DNA from: Rebecca billardiae RCC1528
Lineage: Eukaryota > Protista > Haptophyta
Direction: 5' to 3'
Assembly (NCBI GenBank): GCA_965240325.2
Contig: OZ251222.1
Location: 1,550,001-1,614,000 of the forward strand
Length of the DNA stretch: 64,000 nucleotides
Below the pieces are notes generated by a model that was not told the origin of the DNA, searched no databases, and saw only the letters and a list, made by a program, of their open reading frames with translations. This document shows positions 26,101-38,100 of the stretch, piece after piece; positions within the stretch are counted from its first letter, which is position 1, and every line of letters begins with the position of its first letter. The position numbers and the translations under genes are program-made.

Positions 26101-29100
26101 GCGGCGCGGGCACACCGGCACACCGCGCGCTCGGCCGGCAGGCGGCGCCGGCAACGACACGATCCGCGCGGGTGACGGCGGTGCCTACAACAACTTGACC
26201 AACGCCTCCGCCACGGCGTACACCATCGCGCGTGGCGGCGATGGCGACGACATGCTCACCGGCGGCACTGCCGGCGCCGACCCGACCGGAGGCATCAGCG
26301 GCGGCACCGCTGTGAGCAAGCTCTACGGCGACGCCGGCGACGACGTGATCACCGGCGGCGCGGCCGGCGGTGCCGACCCGGGCGCGGTGACCACGTACAT
26401 CTACGGTGTGCGCCGCGCGTGCAGCGGCGTGTCGCGGCACCGCCACGGCCAACGCTGAGCGCGCTTCGAGTGTGCTCGCGCGTGTGCCTGCCCCCGCGCG
26501 CGCCACAGGCGGCACCGGCGAAGACACGATCTACGCAGGCGAAGGCCGCGCCATCATCAGGGGTGCGTGGCCGCTGGCGCGTGCCGCGCGCTCCGCCAGT
26601 GCGCCGCCGCGCGTGCGTCGCTGAGCGCCCTCGCCGCCGCTCGCGCGTCGCGACCGCGCGCACAGGCGGACCGGGCGTGGACACGATCTACACGCGCGAC
26701 AACGGCTTTGTGGACACGCTGTACGTCGAGTGGACGGACTCGTGGGACGTGGACCCGTTCGACATCGTGATCACGCCACCCGCGCCGCCGCCCTCGCCGC
26801 CGCCGCCCTCGCCGCCGCCGTGGGTGTCGCGGGGCGGTCCGGCGACGCCGTACAACGACACGATCGAGTACAACAGCGCGCAGAGCGACTTCCAGTCCGA
26901 CCAGGCGGGCAACACGTTCGACGTGAGCATCGACCTGCTGAGCGGCGACGACACGCTGGTCGTGGGCTCGGCGGGCGACTCGTCAGCGGGCAACGGCGCG
27001 GGCGAGTCCGTGGTCGGCACGATCCTCGGCAGCGAGGGCACCGACGTGATCACCGTCGGCGGCGCCGGCGACGGCCTGAACCAACCGACGAGCGTGGGCG
27101 GCTCGATCGAGCTCACGGTCGACGGCGGCGACGGCGCGGACACGATCACGGTGGGCGGCGCGGGCAAGGGCGCGTTCAGCTCCGGCGCGCTTGGCGGCTC
27201 GAGCAACGTGACGGTGTTCGGAGGCGCCGGCAACGACACGATCAGCGTGGGCGGCGCGGGCCGTGGCGACTACGGACCCAACACCGGCGGTGACGCGAGC
27301 GTGTGGATCGACGGCGGCGACGGCGGCGACACGATCGTCGTGGGTGGCGGTGGCGTCGGCGCGAGGGATGGGTTGGGCGGCGACATCACCGTGCACGTCG
27401 ACTCAGGCGCTGGCGACGACCACGTGACCTTGGGCGGCGGTGGGCTTGGCTACTACGGTGCGTCTGGCGGCTCGGCCGAGCTGTACGTGAACGCGGGCGA
27501 GGGCGACAACACCGTGCTCGTGCCCACCGTGGGCGGTGAGGCTAGGAGCGGTGGCAATGGCGGCGATGGGAGCTTGCACGTGCTCACCGGCGGCGGCGCG
27601 GACACGGTGCAGGTCGGCGGTGGTGGAGACGCCAATTCTGGTGGCAATCTCGGAGGTGACGCCACCGTCTACGTGTCCACTGGCGGAGGGGACGACGACA
27701 TCTCCGTCGGCAGCGGAGGTGACGGCACATCTGGCGGCAACGGTGGCCAGCTGTCTGCTGTGATCGACGCCGGCGACGGTGACAACACGATCACGCTCGG
27801 CGGCGCTGGGTATGCCTCTGGCGGCGCCGCTGGCTCAGCCAGCTTTGCCGTGACGGCGGGCGACGGCGACGACGTGATCGCCACGGGCGACGCGGGGTCT
27901 GCCGCCGCAAGCTCCCAGTCTCCCGGCGGTCTCACGCTCGTGGTCGACGCGGGGGGCGGGAACAACGACATCACTGTCGGCTCGCCGGGCGACGGGACTT
28001 CCGGCGCCAGAGCTGGCTCGATCGAGGCGACGATCACCACCCTCGGCGGCAACGACACGATTGTCATCGGCGGTGGCGGGGAGCTGAAGTTTGGCGCGCG
28101 CGAGGGGGGCAGGGTCGTGAACGTGTTTGCGGGCGACGGCGATGACAGCGTGACGGTCGGTGACGCCGGCGAGGCTTATTGGGGCTCGAATGCTGGCGCC
28201 ACGATCGTGAACGTGAGCGCGACTGGCGGTGACAACACGGTCATCATCGGCGACGGGGGAGAGGCGCTTGGTGGGGGATCTGGCTCCGATGTGAACGCGC
28301 GCGTCGAGCTGGGCGATGGCGCGGACGACGTGACCATCGGCGACGCGGGCTACGGCCAAAATGCAGCGCGCGGCGGCGATGTGTTCTCGTATGTGCGAAC
28401 TGGCGGCGGCGCGGACGTGGTGACCATCGGCGACGCGGGCGCCGCGGGGGCCTCCAATGGCTGGGGTGGCAACGCACGCGCGATCGTGCTGGCGGGCGAG
28501 GGCGACGACCGCGTGTACGTCGGCGACGCGGGCGACACGCTGGGGTCCGTTTTTGCGCCTGGCGTGATGTACGCGCACGTGCACGGCGGCGCGGGTGACG
28601 ACGTTCTGCGCGGCGGCAACGGCGGCGACGCGGTCGTTGGCACGGCCGAGGGCGGCGACGCGCTGATCAAGCTGTATGGCGACGACGGCGACGACCGGCT
28701 GTACGGCGGCGACGACGGCCTGGCCCTGGAGATGGGCGCCGACCCGGGCGAGGCGACGACGCACCTGCTCGGCGGCGGCGGCAACGACTACATCCGCGGC
28801 GGCACCGGGTACAACTACGCGGCCGGTGCGCGCGTGCGCCCCACACTGCGCCGCGCTGCGCCGCGCCGCGCCGCACGCGCGCCCTGCGCCTCTGCGCATC
28901 CGCGTGCGCGGCACCGGCGCGCGCTCACTCGCAGCGGAGCGGGCACACCGCGCGCTCGGCCGGCAGGCGGCGCCGGCAACGACACGATCCGCGCGGGTGA
29001 CGGTGGTGCCTACAACAACGTGACCAACGCCTCCGCCACGGCGTACACCATCGCGCGTGGCGGCGATGGCGACGACATGCTCACCGGCGGCACTGCCGGC

Positions 29101-32100
29101 GCCGACCCGACCGGCGGCATCAGCGGCGGCACCGCTGTGAGCAAGCTCTACGGCGACGCCGGCGACGACGTGATCACCGGCGGCGCGGCCGGCGGTGCCG
29201 ACCCGGGCGCGGTGACCACGTACATCTACGGTGTGCGCCGCGCGTGCAGCGGCGTGTCGCGGCACCGCCACGGCCAACGCTGAGCGCGCTTCGAGTGTGC
29301 GCGCGCGTGTGCCTGCCCCCGCGCGCGCCACAGGCGGCACCGGCGAAGACACGATCTACGCAGGCGAAGGCCGCGCCATCATCAGGGGTGCGTGGCCGCT
29401 GGCGCGTGCCGCGCGCTCTGCCAGTGCGCCGCAGCGCAGGTTGTGTCGCTGAGCGCCCTCGGCGCCGCTCGCGCGTCGCGACCGCGCGCACAGGCGGTCC
29501 GGGCGTGGACACGATCTACACGCGCGACAACGGCTTTGTGGACACGCTGTACGTCGAGTGGACGGACTCGTGGGACGTGGACCCGTTCGACATCGTGATC
29601 ACGCCACCCGCGCCGCCGCCCTCGCCGCCGCCGCCCTCGCCGCCACCACCACCATCACCGCCGCCACCATCGCCGCCGCCGTCGCCGCCGCCACCTCCGT
29701 CTCCGCCGCCATCGCCGCCGCCGCCGAGCCCACCGCCATCGCCACCCCCCTCGCCACCGCCGTCACCGCCGCCCTCGCCACCGCCATCGCCTCCGCCACC
29801 GCCACCGCCATCGCCTCCGCCTTCACCGCCGCCATCAACGCCACCGGTGCCGCCTCCATCCCCACCGCCATCGCCGCCGCCATCTCCTCCGCCATCGCCG
29901 CCGCCATCGCCACCTCCGCCAAGCCCACCGCCATCGCCACCTCCCTCGCCTCCGCCGTCACCGCCGCCATCACCGCCGCCATCACCGCCGCCCTCGCCAC
30001 CGCCTTCGCCACCTCCGCCGAGCCCACCGCCATCGCCACCTCCCTCGCCTCCGCCGTCACCGCCGCCCTCGCCACCGCCATCGGCGCCGCCCTCACCACC
30101 GCCATCGCCCCCGCCATCGCCACCGCCATCACCGCCGCCCTCGCCACCGCCACCGCCTCCGCCTTCACCGCCGCCATCGCCGCCACCGCTGCCGCCTCCA
30201 TCACCACCGCCATCCCCGCCGCCATCGCCTCCGCCCTCGCCGCCGCCCTCGCCACCGCCACCGAGCCCACCGCCTTCGCCACCGCCATCACCACCGCCAT
30301 CGCCTCCGCCCTCGCCGCCCCCACCCAGCCCGCCCCCGCCCCCGCCGCCCTCGCCGCCACCATCGCCGCCGCCCTCGCCGCCGCCGAGCCCACCGCCGCC
30401 GCCGCCGCCATTGCCACCGCCATCACCACCGCCATCACCTCCGCCCTCGCCGCCCCCACCCAGCCTGCCTCCGCCCCCGCCGCCCTCGCCGCCACCATCG
30501 CCGCCGCCCTCGCCGCCGCCGAGCCCACCGCCGCTGCCACCGCCATCGCCACCGCCATCGCCACCACCATCGCCTCCGCCTTCACCGCCGCCGCCACCGC
30601 CGTCGCCACCGCCATCGCCACCGCCATCGCCGCCGCCGTCGCCGCCCCCGCCCAGCCCGCCACCGCCACCGCCACCGTCGCCGCCGCCATCGCCGCCGCC
30701 ATCGCCGCCGCCGAGCCCACCGCCGCCGCCACCGCCATCGCCTCCGCCATCGCCGCCGCCATCGCCGCCGCCATCGCCGCCCCCGCCCAGCCCGCCTCCG
30801 CCCCCGCCGCCATCGCCGCCGCCATCGCCGCCGCCATCGCCGCCGCCGAGCCCTCCGCCGCTGCCACCGCCATCGCCACCGCCATCGCCACCGCCATCGC
30901 CTCCGCCTTCACCGCCGCCGCCACCGCCGTCGCCGCCGCCATCGCCGCCGCCATCGCCGCCGCCATCGCCGCCCCCGCCCAGCCCGCCCCCGCCCCCGCC
31001 GCCCTCGCCGCCACCATCGCCGCCGCCATCGCCACCGCCGAGCCCTCCGCCGCTGCCACCGCCATCGCCACCGCCATCGCCTCCGCCATCGCCTCCGCCA
31101 TCGCCGCCCCCACCCAGCCCGCCCCCGCCCCCGCCACCCTCGCCGCCGCCATCGCCGCCACCATCGCCTCCGCCAAGCCCACCACCGCCGCCACCGCCAT
31201 CGCCACCGCCATCGCCTCCGCCCTCGCCGCCCCCACCCAGCCCGCCACCGCCGCCGCCGCCGTCGCCGCCGCCTTCACCGCCACCATCGCCGCCCCCGCC
31301 GAGCCCACCGCCCTCTCCGCCGCCCTCACCGCCACCTAGTCCGCCGCCACCGAGTCCCCCACCCAGCCCGCCACCCACGCCGCCGCCGTTCCCACCTCCT
31401 AGCCCGCCTCCACCGAGCCCGCCGCCATCTCCACCGCCGGCGCCGCCGCCCTCGCCGCCGCCCAGCCCGCCACCACCGAGCGCACCACCGAGCCCACCCC
31501 CGTTGCCGCCACCAGCCCCCCCACCATCGCCTCCACCATCGCCCCCGCCGTCGCCAATGCCTCCACCGTTCCCCGCGGGCCGACCGCGCCCACCGCCTTC
31601 GCCGCCACCCACGCCTCCGCCCAGCCCGCCTCCGCCCAGCCCACCGCCGTCGCCACCGCCACCATCCTTCCCTCCCAGCCCTCCGCCAAGCCCACCACCG
31701 GTCGTCGGGTGCGCGGACCCGGGTGCGCTCAACTACAACTCGCTCGCGCGCGAGTGCAACCAGCGCACGTGCTGCCAGTACCCCATCTTCGGCTGCCTCG
31801 ACCCGAACGCCACCAACTTCCGCTCGGACGCGACCTCGCAGCCCGCGGACGTCGAGTGCCTGTACACGTATCCGGGCTGCACGGACAGCTGGGCGGCGGA
31901 CTACGACTCGACCGCGACCGTGTACAACGGCTGCGCGCCGTACACGCTCGGCTGCACAGACCCCACGGCGAGGAACTTCGACTCGATCGCGGACACGGAC
32001 GACGGCACGTGCGTGTACGACGTGCTCGGCTGCACCATCTCGACCGCGTGCGACTTCGACCCGAGCGCGACCGTGTTCACCGCGTGCGACACAACGAGCT

Positions 32101-35100
32101 GCCGCGGCTGCACCGACCCGTCGGCCGGCAACTACGACTCGAACGCGACGCGCGACGACGGGGGCTGCGTCTACCTGGGGTGCACGAGCCCCTCCGCAAC
32201 CAACTACGACTCGACGGCGACGCGCTTCAGCTCGTGCGTGTTCGCGCGCGTGGGCTGCACGGACACGCGCGCGTTCAACTACGACCCCGCCGCGAGCGTG
32301 GACTCTGGCGAGTGCGTCATCTTCGGGTGCAACGTGCCCTCCGCGCTGAACTACGACGTGGACGCGACGGCGAACGACGGGAACTGCACCTTTGCGGTGC
32401 GCGGCTGCCTCGACTCGAGCGCGCTCAACTTCCGCTCGGACGCCGAGGTCGAGAGCTTTGGGTGCGAGTACGCCATCCTCGGCTGCACGTCCTCGCTCGC
32501 GGCCAACTACAACCCGAACGCCACCGTGTACGACGGCAGCTGCCAGTTCACCGAGAAGAAGTGCGGCAACGAGGACGCGCTCAACTACGACTCGCGCGCC
32601 GCGGCCGGTCAGATCGACCCGAGCGTGTGCGTGATGCCCGCGCCCGGCTGCCGCAACCCCGCCGCCGTCAACTACGACTCGACGGCCAACGTACAGCCTG
32701 CCGGCGCAGCTTACCGCTGCGTGCTGCCGCGCGTCGGCTGCACCGACCCAGGCGCCGTGAACTACGACTCGCGCGCGACCGTCGAGGCCGTGCCGAGCAC
32801 GTGCGTCGTCGCGCTCGAGGGCTGCACCGACCCGAGCGCGCTCAACTACGACTCGAGCGCGAACACGCTGCGCGCGGGCTCGTGCGTGCGCGCCGTCGTC
32901 GGCTGCGTCGACAGCAGCGCGCTCAACTTCCGGAGCGACGCCAACGTGGGCTCGGCCGACTGCATCTATCCGCGGCTCGGCTGCATGTCGTCGCGCGCGA
33001 TCAACTACGACTCGCTCGCGACGGTGAGGGACGGCAGCTGCATCTTTGTGGTCGACGGCTGCACCGACTCTGCCGCGCTCAACTTCAACCCGGCCGCGAC
33101 GGCTGACGACGGCAGCTGCACGCTGCCTGTGCCGGGCTGCATGTCGACGAGGGCGATCAACTACAACTCGCTCGCGACCGTCGACGACCGCACGTGCGTC
33201 TTCCCGGTGGTGGGCTGCACCGACTCGAGGGCGCTCAACTACCGCCCCGCCGCGACGGTGGACTCTGGCGGCTGCATCGCCGCGCGCCGCGGCTGCACCT
33301 CGCGCAACGCGCTCAACTACGCGCCGACTGCCAACGTGGACGACGGCAGCTGCGTCGCCAAGGTGTTCGGGTGCACCAAGACGGCCGCGACGAACTACAA
33401 CTCGGCTGCCAACGTCGAGTCCAGCCCGAGCACGTGCCTCGTCGAGGGGTGCACCGACCCCAACGCGCGCAACTTCAACGCGCGCGCCACGGTCAACGAC
33501 GGCTCGTGCGTCGCCAAGCTGCGCGGCTGCTCGGACCCGCAGGCGGTGAACTACATCCCGGGCGCCGAGCTGTACGCGCGGTGCGACTACAAGGGGTGCA
33601 CGCGCACGGACGCGCTCAACTACGACGCGCGCGCCAACATCGCGAGCCCGACCGACTGCAGGTTCGCCTCGGCGAGCGGCGTCGTGCAGGTGGTCGCGCA
33701 GCACCGCTCGTGCGCCGTGCAGGCGGTGCGCGCCGACGGCGTCGTCGTCGGCTCCGGCACGACGCTCCAGTCCGGCGTGTTCGCGATGCTGTACTCGGAC
33801 GCGTTCGAGACGCTGCGCGTGCGCCCGTCGGCGCAGTGCCGCGACACGATCAACGGCGCGGCGCTCCGCTTCACCTTGCTCGCGCCCTTCGGCTCGCAGG
33901 TCGTGTCTCCGCTCACGACGATGTACATGCGCATGCTCGAGCGCGGGCTGAGCGAGGAGGGCGCGCAGCTCAACCTGTGGCGCTGCTTCGACGTGTACCC
34001 GCTGATCGACATCACGACGTACCGGCCGATCAAGCAGTACCTCGACGGCGACCCGAACGCGCTGCACGCCGTGCGCGCGTCCGTGCTGATCAGCGAGCTC
34101 CTCAACCGGCTGCTCGCGCTGCTCGCTCCGTACGTGCAGCTCGCGGCGGACGTCGAGCGGAGCGCGAGCGCGGCGCTGATCGACCGCTGCCTCGCGGCGC
34201 CGGACGACCTGGTGGCGCCGGTGCTCGCGAACGCGACAGCGGCGCTCGAGCTCGCGCTCGCCGTGCGCGACGGCGCGGGCCTCACGCCCGGCACCGGGCC
34301 CAACGCCGGCGCCATGCTCGACATGGCTCAGGCGCTCGTGTCGCGCGTGCAGGAGCTCGCCACCATCTGGGACGGCCCCGGCTACTTTGAGCTGCCGCCG
34401 GAGTCGGCGGCGGCATCGGCGGCGGCAGCGCGGCGCGCGGCGGCCGTGGCCTCGTCCGCCCTTCTCCGCGCGCCGCAGGTCTCGGCGGCCTCGACCGAGT
34501 GCTTCTCGAGCGCGCTGCAGGAGACGTACCAGGCGTCGGCGTGCCCCGTCGCCGGCTGCACCGACGACGAGGCGCAGAACTTCGCGCCCGACGCGACGGT
34601 GAGCGACGACAGCTGCGAGTACACGGGCTGCACCAACATCAACGCGACCAACTACGTGCCGCGCGCGACGATCGACGACGGCAGCTGCGTCGTCGAGGTG
34701 ATCGGCTGCCGCGACCCGCTCGCGACCAACTACAACGCCAACGCGACGTCGCAGGGGAGCGCGGCGTGCGACTACACCGTGCTCGGCTGCACGCTCTCGT
34801 CCGCGGCCAACTTCGTGCCCGAGGCGACGAAGAACGACGGCTCGTGCACGTTCGTCGCGCTCGGTTGCATCGACCCGACCGCGCTCAACTACGACCCGAC
34901 CGCCAACCGCGACGACGGCACGTGCGTCGCGCCGGCGCGCGGCTGCACCGACTCCCGTGCGGACAACTACGACCCGAGCGCCGCGCTCGACGACGGCTCG
35001 TGCGTGCTCGGCGGCTGCCGCAACTCGCTCGCAGACAACTACAACTCGGCCGCCACGATCAATGACGGCAGCTGCAGCTTTGGCGTGAGCGGCTGCGTCG

Positions 35101-38100
35101 ACTCGCGCGCCGACAACTACAACTCGGACGCCGCCGTCGACGACGGCTCGTGCGTGCTCCGCGGCTGCACGATCGAGGGCGCCGACAACTACGACTCTGC
35201 CGCCACCGCCAACGACGGCAGCTGCACCGGCGCCCTCCCCGGATGCACGAGCCCCGCCGCGGAGAACTACGAGTCGTTTGCCACCGTCGACGATGGCACG
35301 TGCACGATCAGCGGGTGCACGCTCACGTCGGCGCTCAACTACGACAGCACGGCCAACGCCAACGACGGCAGCTGCGTGTACCCGCGCCTCGGCTGCGCCG
35401 ACCCGGCCGCGCTCAACTTCCTGTCCACCGCCGACACGGACGACGGCTCGTGCCAGTACTTAGGCTGCCGCTCGTCGCTCGCGAGCAACTACGACTCGAG
35501 CGCCACCATCAGCGACGCGGCGTCGTGCGTGTTCCCGATCGCCGGCTGCACCGACTCGACCGCCGAGAACTACGACCCGCTCGCGCAGATCGACGACGGC
35601 GCGTGCACCATCACCGGCTGCCTGGATCCGCTCGCGAGCAACTACAACTCGCGCGCGACGGTCGACTCGGGCGACTGCGTCGAGCTCGCCGTCGTCGGCT
35701 GCCTCGACCCCGCCGCCGACAACTTCAACTCGCTCGCCGAGGCGAACGGCAACTGCGCCTACTTCGGCTGCCAGAACCCGCTCGCCTTCAACTACGACTC
35801 GACGGCGAACGCGCCGGACGGCGCGTGCGTGCTGCCCGCGCTCGGCTGCACGGACGAGACGGCGCAGAACTACGACTCTGGGGCCACCGTCGACGACGGC
35901 AGCTGCTCCTTCCCCGGCTGCACCTCGGCCGAGTGCGTCGGGTACGACCCGACGGCTACGATCGACGACGGCAGCTGCGTGTGCGCGGTGCTTGGGTGCA
36001 CCGATCCGCTCGCGGCCAACTTCGACTCGGCGGCGGAGGCGGACGACGGCAGCTGCGTCCGCGCGGGCTGCGTCGACGTCGCCGCGGCCAACTTCGACTC
36101 GCGCGCGACCCTGGACGACGGCAGCTGTCTGCCCGAGGTCGTCGGCTGCTCCGTGCTCAGCGCATCGAACTACGACTCGAGCGTGACGCAGCTCGACTTT
36201 GGCACGTGCATCTTCACCGGCTGCCTCAGCCCGCTCGCCTCCAACTTCGACTCGACGGCCAACACGCCGGACGACTCGTGCGTCTTCCCGACTGCGGGGT
36301 GCATGGACTCGCGCGCGGTCAACTTCCGCTCCGCGGCGACGGTCGACTCCGGCAACTGCCAGTTCGTCGGCTGCACCGACTCCACGGCGTCGAATTACGA
36401 CCCGACGGCGACCGTGCGCGACGCATGCGACTTCAACTTCCCCGGCTGCACCGACTCGCTCGCGGACAACTTCGACTCACTCGCCACCGTCGACGACGGG
36501 CGGTGCGCGCGCGGCGGGTGCACGGCCGTCGGCGCTCGCAACTACGATCCGCTGGCTACGTACAACGACGGCACGTGCGACTTCTTCGCGCCGCCGCCGT
36601 TCCCGCCCTCGCCGCCGAGCCAGCCGCCGAGCAGCCCGCCGAGCCCACCGAGCAGCCCGCCGCCGCCGCCGCCGACCCCGCCGCCCTCGCCTGCGCCGCC
36701 GCCGAGACCACCTGTGCCGCCGACGCCGCCGCCGAATCCGCCGACGCCGCCGAGCCCGCCCCCGAGCCCAGGGCCGCCGCCACCGCCGCCGGGGCAACCG
36801 CCCCCGCAGCCACCGCCATCGGCGCCAGCGTCGCCACCGCCCCGCCCGCAGCTCATCCTCGGGGCAGGCACCGATGTGTCGTACGCCGGCGAGGTGCGCG
36901 GCCGCGCGCTCCGTCCCCGCTGCCCAGACGCGATCTCTCGAGTGTCCATGCAGCGCACTGCGCGAGGCTCGCGCGAGCTGACGCCGCCCCCTCCGCCCCC
37001 CGGCCTGTACAGGTGAGCATGGTCGCCGCGATGGCCCTCTGCTGCTGCTGCATCCTTTCCGCCATCCTCATCCTCTGCCTCCGCCGCCGGAAGGTGCGAT
37101 GCTCGCCCGTCGCCGCAGCGCCGCAGCGCCGCGCCGCAGCCCGGCCCGCGCGAGTGCGTTCCAGCGTGCGCAGAGCGCTGACGTGCGTCCCCGTGTGCGC
37201 GCATGCGCGGCCCTCTGCGCGCGCGCGCGCGCTCTCCCGTGGATGGCTCGCTCCCTCCGCACGTCGCAGAACAAGCAGCGCGACGGGGAGGCCGAGGCGG
37301 AGCGCGAGCGCGCGCGTGAGCTCGAGGAGCAGCGCGCGCGCGAGGCGGAGGAGCAGCGGCGGCGGGAGGAGGAGGCGCGGCGGGCACGGGAGCTGGAGGA
37401 GCAGCAGGCGGCGGAGCAGGCGCGGCAGGCGCGCCCGTCACGCCCGTCCAACCTGCTCGAGTCGCTGGAGGCCTCGATTGCGGGCACGATGGCCGCGCTC
37501 GCCGGCGGCTCGCCCGTTCGCGCCGCGCGCCGCTCGGCAACGCAGGCTGCTGAGCAGCGGCAGGCGCTCGAGCAAGCAGAGCAGGCGCGGGAGGCGCGCC
37601 CGTCGCGCCCCTCGTCGCAGCTCGCGCAGGTCTCGGTCGCGGGTGCACTGGCCGCGCTCCCCGCAGGCAGCCCTGCTCGCAGCCCGACGCATCGCCCGGC
37701 GCCTCGCCCGGCGCCCCGCAGCCCGCCGCCCCGCAGCCAGCCGGGCGCACAAGCCGAGGCTGCAGAACAGCGGCAGGCGCGCCCGTCGCGCCCCTCGTCG
37801 CAGCTCGCGCAGGTCTCGGTCGCAGGCACACTGGCCATGCTCCCCGGAGGCAGCCCTGCGCGCAGCCCACGAGGCAGCGCGCCGCCCCGCAGCCCGCCGC
37901 CTCGCAGCCAGCTGGGCGCACAAGCCGAGGCCGCGGAGCGGCGGCAGCCGCGCTCGTCGCGCCCCTCGTCGCAGCTCGCGCAGGTCTCGGTCGCGGGCGC
38001 ACTGGCCACGCCCCCCGGAAGCAGCCCTGCTCGCAGCCCACGAGGCAGCCCGCCGCCTCGCAGCCCGCCGCTTCGCAGCCAGCTGGGCGCACAAGCCCAG

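Noticed and set aside
15055-29605. Bacterial RTX toxin or type I secretion substrate
   Set aside because: The modules contain spliceosomal introns and lie within a signal-peptide/TM protein; no toxin domain or secretion genes are present.
8523-34067. Long minus-strand and alternate-frame ORFs (poly-Gly 29516..31732, poly-Ala, 31326..34067 and others)
   Set aside because: Shadows of GC-rich Pro/Gly repeat coding on the plus strand; stops are rare at this GC content and they carry no independent motifs.
7468-37016. Treating the 3306-, 847-, 993-, 864-, 954- and 2590-aa ORFs as separate genes
   Set aside because: Their starts and ends are read-through of introns; canonical GT..AG junctions link them in one frame.
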